A stretch of 64,000 nt of DNA from an uncultured Chthonomonadaceae bacterium (GTDB lineage: Bacteria > Armatimonadota > Chthonomonadetes > Chthonomonadales > Chthonomonadaceae), in NCBI GenBank assembly GCA_963817895.1, contig CAWFQB010000004.1, forward strand, positions 544,001-608,000, given 5' to 3'. Positions 11,535 through 22,116 of the stretch are shown here, piece by piece (position 1 is the first letter of the stretch; every line of letters begins with the position of its first letter). The notes beneath the pieces were generated by a model. That model saw only the letters and a list, made by a program, of their open reading frames with translations. It made no database searches and was not told the DNA's origin. Position numbers and translations under genes: made by a program.

Positions 11535-12565
11535 GCGACGCTATGATACCCAACGAGGAGACGCTGGAAGACCTGCTCAGTACGCCCACGCCCGCCGTCA
11601 TCGAAATGATGCGGCAGATTGCAGGGCGATATTCTGGTGTTAGGCGTTGGCGGGAAAATGGGGCCGACGCTGGCGCGGATGGCGAAACGGGCGTCGGAGC
11701 AGGCGGGAACAAATCGGCGCGTTATCGGCGTGTCGCGGTTCAACAGTGGGGGTATGGAAGCGAAGTTGAACGCGCATGGCGTGGAAACCAAGCGCTGTGA
11801 CCTGCTTGATACCGATGCTCTCGCCGCCCTGCCGGACGCGCCCAATATTGTGTACATGGCGGGAATGAAGTTCGGCGCGACGGACAACGAGCCGCTGACG
11901 TGGGCCATGAACAGTTACCTGCCCGGTATGGTGTGCCAGAAGTTCAGACATAGCCGCATTGTGGCGTTTTCAACGGGCAACGTGTATGGCCTGACTGCCC
12001 CTCCAGACAGGCGGCTCGGTGGAAACGGATATTTGCGCGCCGGTCGGGGATTACGCGATGAGTTGTCTGGGGCGCGAACGCATTTTCGCGCATTTCAGCC
12101 GGACGCTCCAAATTCCCGTTGCCCTGATACGCCTGAACTACGCGGTGGAAATGCGCTACGGCGTATTGCTGGATGTCGCGCGGCGCGTCTGGTCAGGCGA
12201 ACCCGTCAATCTGAATATGGCAATGGCGAATGTGATCTGGCAGGCGGACGCCAACGCGCACAGCCTGCTTGCGTTCGCGCATTGCGCCCATCCGCCCTTT
12301 GTCGTCAACGTCACCGGCCCGGAAACCTTGAGCATCCGCCGCGTTGCGGAACAGTTCGGGCAGATGTTCGGCAAGCCTCCCCGTTTTGAAGGGCGAGGAA
12401 GCGACGCAGGCATTGTTAAGCAACGCCCAACTGTCTCACCATTTGTTCGGCTATCCCACTGTACCTGTGCAGCAGATCATGCAATGGACTGCCGATTGGG
12501 TACAGCGCGGCGGCCCTACGCTCAACAAACCAACGCATTTTGAAACGCGTGATGGCAAGTTTTAG
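11531..12565 (+). CDS. NAD-dependent epimerase/dehydratase (several frameshifts)
   Basis: LGVGGKMGPTLA, MAGMKFG, FSTGNVY, YAMSCLGRER and KPTHFETRDGKF* across joined fragments. Confidence 0.8.
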
Positions 12566-12578
12566 TCAGGAGCGAACA

Positions 12579-13631
12579 TTGCGCCTTGATCCGAACATTC
12601 ATACCGCGTTGCAGCAGGGGCTTGTCATTCCGGCCAGTCCGCTGGCGTTGAACGCGGCCCGGAAATGGGATGAGCGGCGGCAGCAAGCGTTGTGGCGGTA
12701 TTATGCGGCGGCGGGAGTGGGCGGAATCGCGTTCGCGGTTCATACCACGCAGTTTGCCATCCGCGACTCGCGTATCGGGCTGTTTGAACCTTTGCTGTCC
12801 CTGGCGCGGGAGGAGATGACGCGACTGGATGCGGGCCGGGAAACGCCCCTTGTTCGCATCGCAGGCATTTGCGGCGCAATGCGGCAGGCGGCTGCGGAAG
12901 CCACCATCCTGCGCGAACACGGGTTTCATGCCGGATTGCTCAGTCTCGCCGCCCTATCCGATGTAAACGAAGAAGACTTGATTGCCCATTGCCAAACCGT
13001 TGCCGACATCGTTCCCATCATCGGCTTTTACTTGCAGCCATCCGTTGGCGGAAGGCTGCTTTCGTACCGGTTCTGGCGGCGTTTCGCGGAAATTGAAAAT
13101 GTTGCCGCCATCAAGATCGCGCCGTTCAACCGTTATCAGACGCTGGATGTGGTTCGCGCCATTGCGGAATCGGGGCGGGACGATATTGCCCTGTACACCG
13201 GCAACGACGACAACATCGTGCTGGATTTAATCACGCCGTACCGTTTTCAGGTGAACGGTAAACCGGTAGAACGGCGCATCGTTGGCGGTTTGCTCGGACA
13301 CTGGGCCGTGTGGACGCGCCGCGCTGTGGAACTGCTCAACGATTGTCACCACATAATAAAGGACGACGAGGCAATACCATCAGAGTTGCTTCGCCGGGGT
13401 GTGGAAATTACGGACTGCAACGCGGCCTTTTTCGATGCCGCAAACGGCTTCCGGGGCTGCATTGCCGGACTGCATGAGGTTCTGCGCCGTCAGGGATTGC
13501 TGGAGGGGATCTGGTGTCTGAACCCCTCAGAAACCCTCAGTCCCGGCCAACAGGATGAAATTGACCGCGTATACCGGGCGTACCCCCATTTGCATGACGA
13601 CGAATTTATAAACCGACATCGGGCCGAGTAA
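12579..13631 (+). CDS. Dihydrodipicolinate synthase-family (class I aldolase/dehydratase) protein
   Basis: AGGAG RBS plus TTG start. VHTTQF, FYLQPSVGG, IKIAPF (Schiff-base Lys) and YTGNDD motifs. Confidence 0.85.
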   Translation: MRLDPNIHTALQQGLVIPASPLALNAARKWDERRQQALWRYYAAAGVGGIAFAVHTTQFAIRDSRIGLFEPLLSLAREEMTRLDAGRETPLVRIAGICGAMRQAAAEATILREHGFHAGLLSLAALSDVNEEDLIAHCQTVADIVPIIGFYLQPSVGGRLLSYRFWRRFAEIENVAAIKIAPFNRYQTLDVVRAIAESGRDDIALYTGNDDNIVLDLITPYRFQVNGKPVERRIVGGLLGHWAVWTRRAVELLNDCHHIIKDDEAIPSELLRRGVEITDCNAAFFDAANGFRGCIAGLHEVLRRQGLLEGIWCLNPSETLSPGQQDEIDRVYRAYPHLHDDEFINRHRAE

Positions 13632-13706
13632 CTTTGCAAGTTAGATTGTATCTACAGAAACGGAAGCCATACAGATAAACTGCTTCTTTTTCAGGAGATT
13701 ACACCC

Positions 13707-14339
13707 ATGAACCGCAAACAATTCCTTTGTTCAGTCGCGGGGGCAAGCCTGACTGAAGCAATCCCTTCTCTAGCAAGCGGCATACCGAAATCGCCTCTGG
13801 CTCTCACCATTCTCTCAACATCCATACGCCTCAATGCTTACATGAGTCCTCATGGGGAGACGCCGACGCGCTGCCTGAAAATGTCTCCGACTACTCCTCA
13901 CTTCAATGTCGCTATCCAGAACATTTCACAAAATCCCATCAGACTTTGGAATGAGGATAGCAGTTGGGGTTCGGGCAACCTGACGCTGGAAATCAGTGCT
14001 GTAGGCGCAAAGTGGTTCGGGGCGCCGATCAGAGTGGAACGCAAACGAGATGTTTGGTACTCAAATATGGCTCAGTTCTCGATTTTGTATCCCGGTGAAA
14101 TGATTATGCGGGAAGTGACGCTGGAGGTTCCTGACGCCCAGGCTGGCGGTCATGCTCAAAAGGGTCGCTGGCCTTACAAAGGTTTCCCCCTTGCCGCCGT
14201 TGGCCTGGTTAATTCTGTACAAATGCGCGCTGTTTATGAAATTCTGCCGGATAAATTGTCAGCGCAAGAGAATGTCTGGACCGGCAAAATTATTTCCCCG
14301 GAGAACACCTACGTTCTTTACATGACTGAATTCGATTAA
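13707..14339 (+). CDS. Hypothetical exported protein
   Basis: AGGAG RBS, Tat-like N-terminus MNRKQFL, lower GC than its neighbours. Confidence 0.6.
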   Translation: MNRKQFLCSVAGASLTEAIPSLASGIPKSPLALTILSTSIRLNAYMSPHGETPTRCLKMSPTTPHFNVAIQNISQNPIRLWNEDSSWGSGNLTLEISAVGAKWFGAPIRVERKRDVWYSNMAQFSILYPGEMIMREVTLEVPDAQAGGHAQKGRWPYKGFPLAAVGLVNSVQMRAVYEILPDKLSAQENVWTGKIISPENTYVLYMTEFD

Positions 14340-14494
14340 AATGATAGATTTGACGCTCCTGTAATTTCAAGGCTCTGGTTTGAACGGCCTTTGATTTTAG
14401 GTATACTCTTGGAAGCGTGTTCGGCATGGAGTAGATTTTGACAGACTTCGCCGTCCGCCACGCGCCACTATTTTGAAAAGGAATCACAATCGTT

Positions 14495-15577
14495 ATGGCC
14501 GAGAAAGTACGGATCGGGATCGTCGGATGCGGCGGTATCGCCAACGGAAAGCATTTCCCCAGCCTTTCCAAACTCTCCAATGTAGAACTGGTCGCATTCT
14601 GCGACATTGTGCCGGAGCGCGCGGAACTGGGCATGGCGAAGTACGGCGCGAAAGACGCCAAAACCTACACGGATTATCGCAAGCTGCTGGAAGACAAGAC
14701 TATTGATGTTGTCCACGTCCTGACGCCCAACGACGCCCACGCGGAAGTTTCTATCGCCGCAATGGAAGCGGGCAAGCACTGCATGTCCGAAAAACCGATG
14801 GCGAAAACGGCGGAGGGCGCGCGGCGCATGGTGGAAGCAGCCAAGCGCACGGGCAAGAAATTGACGATTGGCTACAACAACCGCTTCCGGCCCGATAGCC
14901 AGTATCTGCACAACATCTGCGAAGCGGGCGACCTGGGCGAGATTTACTTTGCCAAAGCCCACGCCATTCGACGGCGCGCGGTTCCCACCTGGGGCGTGTT
15001 TCTGGACGAAGAGAAACAGGGCGGCGGGCCGCTGATTGATATTGGAACCCACGCGCTCGACCTGACCTTGTGGATGATGAACAACTACGAGCCGAAAACG
15101 GTAGTCGGCACGACCTACCACAAACTGGCGCACAAAGAAAACGCCGCCAATGCCTTCGGCCCCTGGGACCCGAAAAAGTTCACGGTAGAAGATTCGGCGT
15201 TCGGTTTCATCACGATGAAGAACGGCGCGACTGTAGTGCTGGAATCCTCGTGGGCGCTCAACACGCTGCAAGTGGACGAGGCGAAATGTACCCTGTGCGG
15301 CACAGAAGGCGGCGCGGACATGATCGGCGGCCTGCGCTTGAACGGCGAAAATCTCGGACGCATGTACCAGACGCAGGTAGACGTAAAATCCGGCGGCGTG
15401 GCGTTTTATGAGGGTAAGACCGAAAGCGACGCTGATCTGGAAGCCCGTTTGTGGATCGAGGCCATCCTCAACGATACGCAGCCTGTGACCACGCCCGAAC
15501 AGGCTTGTGTCGTGTCCGAGATTCTGGAAGCCATCTACACCTCGGCCCGTACCGGTCAGGCTGTCACTTTCCCGTAA
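14495..15577 (+). CDS. Gfo/Idh/MocA oxidoreductase
   Basis: GIVGCGGIA, EKPMA and GGGPLIDIGTH motifs. Confidence 0.93.
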   Translation: MAEKVRIGIVGCGGIANGKHFPSLSKLSNVELVAFCDIVPERAELGMAKYGAKDAKTYTDYRKLLEDKTIDVVHVLTPNDAHAEVSIAAMEAGKHCMSEKPMAKTAEGARRMVEAAKRTGKKLTIGYNNRFRPDSQYLHNICEAGDLGEIYFAKAHAIRRRAVPTWGVFLDEEKQGGGPLIDIGTHALDLTLWMMNNYEPKTVVGTTYHKLAHKENAANAFGPWDPKKFTVEDSAFGFITMKNGATVVLESSWALNTLQVDEAKCTLCGTEGGADMIGGLRLNGENLGRMYQTQVDVKSGGVAFYEGKTESDADLEARLWIEAILNDTQPVTTPEQACVVSEILEAIYTSARTGQAVTFP

Positions 15578-15619
15578 AACATTAGCCGATACCTTTCACA
15601 GGTTACAGCGTTATCAACA

Positions 15620-15663
15620 TTCAGCGCCCGCCACAGGCTTCCGGGCTTGTGGCGGGCGCTGAA
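15620..15663. terminator. GC-rich hairpin between convergent genes
   Basis: Arms ttcagcgcccgccacaggc and gcttgtggcgggcgctgaa. Confidence 0.7.
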
Positions 15664-15715
15664 CTGCTTTGCCTGCGCTCAGGGCGCATCGGCAAGCGCG
15701 TCTTTACGGCTTGTT

Positions 15716-16216
15716 TCAGTAGGGATTGTCAATGTCGTAGTCGTTGTTAGTTTCGATGAACTCCGGCACCTGATTGAGCGCGTCCACGGTGAAGCGCAGA
15801 TATTTATGCGGCGCGTGGATATTGACCGGCGTGGCGATCAGCACGTATACGGACTGTCCGGGCGCAATCGCAGGAACGTTGGCGTCGCCGATTTGCAGAT
15901 AGTTGATGCCCTCATACAGATTGTACGTCAGCTTGCACGGCGTCGAGGCGAGCGTACCCTGATTGTTGACAAGTACGCGGGCGTAGTTCGGGTTGTATTT
16001 GTTGCTGCGGTCGAAGTAGTCAGCCACGCCCGTAATACGCAGTTCCGCCAGATGCAGGCCGTCCGCCTGCGCCTGCGTCGGTCGCGCCAATGGCATCGCT
16101 AGCGGCAATGCCGCCAATCCACAAAGCAGGGCGCGTTTCACGCCGAGCCACATTTTGCCGACAGTGGTACGGGTTGGCGCGTTCATTGTCGCGCTGATAT
16201 TTGAAGTGTTTTTCAT
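15716..16216 (-). CDS. Secreted single-CARDB-domain protein 1
   Basis: Signal KRALLCGLAALP...AQA; VNNQGT, IAPGQS and VDALNQVPEFIETNN CARDB motifs. Confidence 0.75.
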   Translation of the reverse strand: MKNTSNISATMNAPTRTTVGKMWLGVKRALLCGLAALPLAMPLARPTQAQADGLHLAELRITGVADYFDRSNKYNPNYARVLVNNQGTLASTPCKLTYNLYEGINYLQIGDANVPAIAPGQSVYVLIATPVNIHAPHKYLRFTVDALNQVPEFIETNNDYDIDNPY

Positions 16217-16285
16217 CGTTAAAGATTCCTTTTCTTGTTCTGGAAAGTGGTTTCGCTCTGTCATTGAGCGTATTCAGGCTGCAAT

Positions 16286-16792
16286 TCAGGGAATAACAAC
16301 CGAGTAAGTGTTGTTGAATTCGTTCTTTTCGTCCACGTCGTTGTAGGTGTCCGCCTCGAACAGCGTGGTCGTGCCAGGCGCGAAGATCGGTGTGGACATA
16401 CTCACGGTCACATTGGCCGCTTCCCCCGGATGCAGCGCGGGTACAGGGTAGTAAAGCGAGTAGCTTCCAGCCCCCTTTGTGAACTGCACCCGCAGCGTGC
16501 AGGGTTTGGACGCGGTCATTCTCTGGTTCAGGATTTTAGGCCAGACATGGTAGGGGTCTGCCTGCCCGCCCGGCTTTGCCAGAACGATAACACCGAGGAT
16601 GGTCAGGTCAGGCCGCGTATCCTGCCTGATAATGGGCGGGGGCGCGGCGGTTTCGGCGACAGCGGCGGAGTGTAATGATGGGATCATCAGGGTCAATCCG
16701 GCTAGGCCGCACAGCAAGGCGCGTTTCATCGGCATTTTCAGGCCGGAGGTTGTCGCGTTCGTTTTCACAGTCACACTCTTCGTCGTATACAT
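16286..16792 (-). CDS. Secreted single-CARDB-domain protein 2
   Basis: Signal KRALLCGLAGL; RPDLTI, LHPGEA and ADTYNDVDEKNEFNN motifs. Confidence 0.75.
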   Translation of the reverse strand: MYTTKSVTVKTNATTSGLKMPMKRALLCGLAGLTLMIPSLHSAAVAETAAPPPIIRQDTRPDLTILGVIVLAKPGGQADPYHVWPKILNQRMTASKPCTLRVQFTKGAGSYSLYYPVPALHPGEAANVTVSMSTPIFAPGTTTLFEADTYNDVDEKNEFNNTYSVVIP

Positions 16793-16972
16793 GGTTAAAG
16801 CTTCCTTCCAGGGAATAGTGTTCCGCTCTGGACTGCCGCGCTCGTTTGCGTCAGAAACGTCCGGCGGGTCATTTGTCATGTCGCGCGTTCGCGTTGTTTT
16901 AGCATGGTAATCGTGTACTCCTTTGCCTTGCCTGTCGTTGTTCCGTCTGCCTTATCGAACTGCATTGGGTAC

Positions 16973-17026
16973 AGGATACAAGCCTTGCGTCAGCGTAATG
17001 TCAGATTACCGTGATAACAGCGTTAT
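16973..17026 (-). promoter_or_regulatory. Putative activator-dependent promoter: four 11-bp-phased direct repeats plus a -10 element
   Basis: Plus-strand GTCA/GTCA/GTGA/GTTA start at 16989, 17000, 17011 and 17022. TATCCT on the minus strand (16973-16978) lies 8 nt after the last repeat. Confidence 0.55.
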
Positions 17027-17124
17027 ATTTGGCGATTTTTATTTTTGATGCCAAGTGACACCAGAAAACCCCTGACCTGACGCATTAAGCGACCGGAAAG
17101 GGGTTGGGGTGAGGTTAAAACCTG

Positions 17125-19367
17125 CTATTCTTCCGAAGAGGAAAGCGAGAAAGGCAGAGCATCGGGGGGGAGTTGCGGCGTAATAAACGCCGTATCCGAC
17201 ATTTGGAATTTCAGCGTACCGCCCTGCGCGACTTCGGCATGGGACAGCCAGCATCGCTCCTGCTTTGCGCTATTCAACGTGACTTGCTGAACATAGCGGC
17301 GTTCGTCGGAAACATCCCCGCCTTCAATGGTCAGTTCACTGCCGTTTTCGAAGTGGAGAACGGCGCGGGGAAAGAGGGGCGCGCTCAGTGTCCATGAGGG
17401 ATGGCCGGGACATAGCGGATACAAACCCAATGCGCTCAGAATATACCACGCGGACATTTCGCCGTTGTCTTCGTCGCCGGGAAACACATCGGGCGTGTAC
17501 AACTCGTTCAGGACGCGGCGTACCCAATGCTGCGTGAGATCGGGACGCCCTGCCGCCGTGAACAGATACAAAGCGTGGTGTACGGGCTGATTGGAGTGCG
17601 CATACTGCCCGAAACCCGGCGCAGGCCATTTCGGTCATTTCGTGTATCTCAAAACCGTAATGCCCCACTTCAAAGCGCGGCGGCAGGGACAGCATCTGTT
17701 CCAGTTTGGCGACGAACGCTTCCGCGCCACCCATTAAAGCAATCAGTCCAGCAGGGTCGTGCGGAACCGCCCATGTAGACTGCCACGGCCCGCCCTCCAC
17801 GTAAGGGTCGCCCCACTGCCACTCATTGTACGCGGCCCATTCGCCACTTGCCTTACGCCCACGCATAAAACCAACGGACAAGTCATACAAATGCTTGTAG
17901 TTTTGGGAACGAGCGAGGAAAAGCTGCGCATCCTCATTCTTTCCAAGCGCGTGGGCAATCTGCGCGAGGCAGAAATCATCGTAAGCGTAATCCAGCGAAC
18001 GGGCAACGGATTCGTGATGATTATCTGAGGCGACATACCCTTTTTCAAGATAATCCGCGATGCCTATCCGCCCAAAGTTGCCTGCCGCGTCGCCGGCTTC
18101 AAAGGCGTGTTTGCGCATCCCGGCATACGCCGTTTCCAGATCGAACCCGCGTATGCCCCGCGACGGCATCGGCAAACACAGCGTCAATGTGCGTTCCCAC
18201 CATGCAGGCGCGATAACCCGGACTGGCCCACTGCGGAAACCAGCCGCCCTCGCGGTACGCCTGCGTCCAGCCCTCCAGTATTTCGTTTAATTGCGCGGGC
18301 ATCAGCAGGGCGAACAGCGGATAAACCGTTCGGTACGTGTCCCAAAAGCCGTTATCCGCGTACAACACGCCGTCATGCGCCTGCCCGTCGTAGGGGCTGA
18401 AGTGAACGGGCCTGTCGTTCGCGTCAAACTCGTGCCACCGGCGCGGAAACAGATGAACGCGGTACAGGCAGGAATAAAATACGCGGCGCTGCGCGTCCGT
18501 GCCGCCCTCGATCTGTATTCGGTTCAGCGCGTTTTCCCAAACCTCCTGCGCCTGCGCCCGGATTTCGTCAAAACCTACGCTCCCAATCTCGCGCTCCAAA
18601 TTACGTTCCGCCTGCTCGATGCTCAGAAACGATGTGGCGATCTTCATTTCCACACTTGCGCCGGTTTCCAGCGCGAACGTAACCGCCGCGCCCGCCCGCG
18701 TTCCCCTGCGCTCGCCTCCCTCATCACCCTCCTGAACAATGTCCCTGCTGGCGGCAAACGTCGCCTGTTCCGAAAACGGGCGGTCAAACGTCGCCACAAA
18801 ATAGCAGGCGAAGTTGTCCGGCGCGCCGCCCGTTTTCCCGCGCGTGTAGCCAACCACGCGATTACGTTCCGGCTCAATCCGTACCCACAACTCGCCATGA
18901 CACGGCTCAATCAACACGCGCGCCTGTCGGGTTGCGGGAAACTGAAACCGGAATACGGCGCAGCGCTCGGTGGGCGTGATTTCCAGCCGCGTGTCATACC
19001 GCAGCAAATCGGCGCAGAAATAATCGGGACGAAACTGGCTTGTTTCCGGCTGATACCCTGAAGACCGCGCCTCATTTCCCGGCAGCAGCGCGCCCACCTG
19101 CGGCATGACGACGAAATGGCCGTAATCTCCGATCCACGGACTGGGCTGGTGTGTGGCGCGAACGCCCTGCAATTTGCGCGCCCGCGCATCGAAGAACCAG
19201 TTGCCTTCCGCCGTTTGCGGACTCCAGTGCGTCATGCCAAAAGGTCGGGCAACGAGGGGAAAACAGTTACCCTGCGAAAATCCGAAGTGCGAATTGGCTC
19301 CCTGCCGCAAATTGACAAGGTTCAGCGGATCTGTTTCAGAGTTGGTTTGGGGGTTTGATGTAGACAT
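17125..19367 (-). CDS. GH92 alpha-1,2-mannosidase family (two frameshifts)
   Basis: PFGMTHWSPQT, THQPSPWIGDYG, GFWDTYRT, LDYAYDD, YVEG and PGDEDNGEMSAWY motifs. Confidence 0.9.
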
Positions 19368-19391
19368 GCCGTGTTGTTCCACACGGGCGTA

Positions 19392-19961
19392 TCAGGAACC
19401 TGCTTCATTTTCGCGCAAACAGATCATGTCGGCAGCCGCAGATAAATCGGGGAGGATGTAGTCAGGATGCGGGGCGGGAAACTCAGCAGCGTCAAACGCG
19501 GAAGTATGTCCCGTCAATACCAGAATGGCGCGGCATCCGGCAGCATGGGCGGCATGAATATCGCGGGGCGTATCGCCAATCGCATAGCACTGCGCCAGAT
19601 CGAAATGGTGTTCCCGCGCCGCTTGCAGCAACATTCCGGGCAGGGGCTTGCGGCACTCGCAGCCGTCATCGGGATGGTGCGGGCAAAAATAAATGGCGCG
19701 GATTTCGCCGCCCGCAACGGCAATCTCCGCCCGCAGTTTCGCGTGAATCAAATCCAGCGTTTCCGCCGTGAAGCGCCCGCGCCCGATGCCCGCCTGATTG
19801 GTGAACACAATCATCGGCCAGCCCGCCCGATGCAACCGCGCAAGGGCGTCCGCCACACCAGGCAGCAGTTCCAAATCTTCCGGGCGCGTGACATACCCGC
19901 CCAATTCCCGGTTCAGCACCCCGTCCCGATCCACAAACACCGCTCGCCCCAACTCGCTCAC
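19392..19961 (-). CDS. gmhB: D-glycero-D-manno-heptose 1,7-bisphosphate phosphatase (HAD)
   Basis: FVDRDGVLN, TNQAGIGRG, CPHHP..CECRKP and IGD motifs; adjacent to gmhA. Confidence 0.88.
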   Translation of the reverse strand: MSELGRAVFVDRDGVLNRELGGYVTRPEDLELLPGVADALARLHRAGWPMIVFTNQAGIGRGRFTAETLDLIHAKLRAEIAVAGGEIRAIYFCPHHPDDGCECRKPLPGMLLQAAREHHFDLAQCYAIGDTPRDIHAAHAAGCRAILVLTGHTSAFDAAEFPAPHPDYILPDLSAAADMICLRENEAGS

Positions 19962-19981
19962 GTTCAGCCTCCAACACAGAA

Positions 19982-20117
19982 TAAACCACGGGGAACACGG
20001 GGGACACGGGGGAGAAAAACCGGGGAATCAAGAATCGAGAGCAACTGCTAAATACACGAAGTTCTTCCCCTGTCTTTCCCCTCTCCTCCCCGTGTCCCCC
20101 GTGTTCCCCGTGGTTTA
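19982..20117. repeat. Intergenic inverted-repeat element with 9-mer-periodic arms
   Basis: Perfect 30-bp IR: taaaccacggggaacacgggggacacgggg (19982-20011) and its reverse complement (20088-20117). The arm end contains the gmhA stop codon. Confidence 0.9.
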
Positions 20118-20700
20118 GCCTCTTTGCGTTTCCAGTTTGGCGCGTTCTTGCAGGGTGGAGAAGATCAGGTGCAGGAGGATCATGTGAACGTCTTCGATGC
20201 GCTGCATGTTGTCGCTTGCCACCACGATGCACTGCTGCGCGGCCTGCTTGAGTTTGCCGCCCGCAAAGCCCGCCAGTCCGAGCGTGGTGCGCTCCCGCTT
20301 CATTGGCGGCGACAATGCCGTTGATGATGTTCATGCTGTTGCCGCTGCCGCTGACGCCGAGAACCACATCGCCCGGTTCGGCCCAGCACTGTACCTGCGG
20401 CGTGAAAACGTTGTCCCAACTGGTGTCATTGGCCCACGCCATCATCAGCGGGGTGCAGTCGGACAGACAAAGGGTGCGCAGGGGCTTGCCGGCTTCCAGA
20501 TGAATGTTCTTCTGCATGTCGTTGACGATGTGGCTTACGCTGCTGCTGCTGCCGCCGTTGCCCATCAACAGCACGCGCTTGCCATCCCGCCACGCCGTCA
20601 GCAGCACATCCACCATCGGCTCCACCTGCGCCGCGTCAATCTCCTGAATGAGATTTTGCACATCCGCCAGATAATCACAAACAAACTTTTTCGTGTCCAT
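20115..20700 (-). CDS. gmhA: Sedoheptulose-7-phosphate isomerase (SIS domain), frameshift near 20290
   Basis: GNGGS, WAND, GVSGSGNS and IEDVH motifs. Confidence 0.85.
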
Positions 20701-20721
20701 ATTCTTCCTTTTGTTGAGATA

Positions 20722-20918
20722 CCTCACCCCAACCCCTCTCCTTGCCGCTCCTACGTCGCTAGGAGAGGGGCTAATGTATGTTGTAACTCCTCTCCTTGCC
20801 GCTCGTTCCTCACTTGGAGAGGGGCTATTCTTGAATGAGGGAAAGAGGCTGAATGGTTACTCTTTTCTCTGCATCCCTCTGTGAAACCTCTGTGTCTCTG
20901 TGCCTCTGTGGTGAAAGT
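20722..20918. repeat. Cluster of REP-like palindromes plus a CACAGAG 9-mer-type array
   Basis: Two cctctcctt...ggagaggggct hairpins (20722-20835) and ctctgtgaaacctctgtgtctctgtgcctctgtggtgaa (~20877-20916). Confidence 0.75.
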
Positions 20919-20919
20919 T

Positions 20920-22116
20920 TCACATTGCCGCCGCGCGTTCCACAATGGTTCGGGCGACGCTGAGGGACGCGGTTGCCGCCGGGGAGGGCGCATTGACCAC
21001 ATCCAGAATGTGCGGGCGCTCCACAATGGCGAAATCGTCCACCAGTTTGCCGTCCGGCGCAATCGCCTGCGCGCGCACTCCGGCGGGCGCGGGAACAAGA
21101 TGCCGCGCTTCAATTTCGGGAATCAGTTTTTGCAGGGCGCGGACAAACGCGGCTTTGCTGACCGAGCGGTGAAATTCGCCCATGCCCACTTTGCCGTACT
21201 TTCGCGCCAGTCGCAAAAATCCGCTATACGTCAGAGTTTGCCAGGCGTCTCGCAGATTCACATCGGTTTTGCGGTAGCCTTCCCGCGCAAGGGCGAGAAC
21301 CGCATTAGGTCCACACTCCACCCCACCGGCAATCATGCGCGTAAAGTGGACACCGAGAAAGGGGAAGCGGGGATCAGGCACGGGATAAATCAGGGCGCGG
21401 CACAGGTGTTGCGCAGTCGGTGTCAGCTCGAAATACTCGCCCCGAAACGGCACGATCTGCGCGTTCGGCTTGCCGCCGCCGAATTTCGCGACCCGGTCCG
21501 AGTGCAGACCGGCGCAGTTGATAACCAGACTGGCCTCGAAGTCCCCGGCTGTGCTTTGTACGACAACGCCCCGTTCACGGCGTTCGCATACTCCAGTACG
21601 CGCGTTCCGAGCAGGATACGATTGCCCGCCTCCTGTATACGCCGCGCAAGGCTCTGGCACACCGCCATGTAGTCCACAATTCCGGCTTCCGGCACATGCA
21701 CGGCCTGTATGCCCGCGCAATGCGGTTCCAATTCACGCAGACGTTCCGGGCCGATCATTTCACAGGCGATGCCGTTGGCCTGCCCCCGCGCATAAATATC
21801 GTTGAGACGGGGCAGTTCGTCCTCGCTGCGTGGCGACAATCACCTTGCCGCAGCGGTCGAAGGGAACATTTTCCTGTTCGCAAAACGCCTCCATTCGCGC
21901 TTTGCCCTCGCGGCATGTCGTCGCCTTCAGGGAACCGGGCTTGTAATAAATGCCCGAATGGAGAACGCCGGAATTGCGCCCCGTCTGGTGTTGCGCCAGT
22001 CCCGTCTCTTTTTCCAGAACCGTAATGCACCGGTCGGGATACTGTTGCGACAATTCATACGCCGTCGCCAACCCGACAATGCCGCCGCCGATGATAAGGG
22101 TGTGTGTGGTCGTCAT
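20920..22116 (-). CDS. lhgO: L-2-hydroxyglutarate oxidase family FAD oxidoreductase (frameshifted)
   Basis: [46 protein letters not shown] and [10 protein letters not shown] motifs. Confidence 0.88.

Noticed and set aside
16876..16905. 9-codon leader peptide MLKQRERAT upstream of the CARDB genes
   Set aside because: RBS spacing is long, there is no attenuator structure, and it may be a frameshift artefact or relic.
15605..17026. 10-bp direct repeat acagcgttat flanking the CARDB pair as a target-site duplication
   Set aside because: No terminal inverted repeats or transposase, and the right copy is better explained as part of the phased operator. Chance cannot be excluded.
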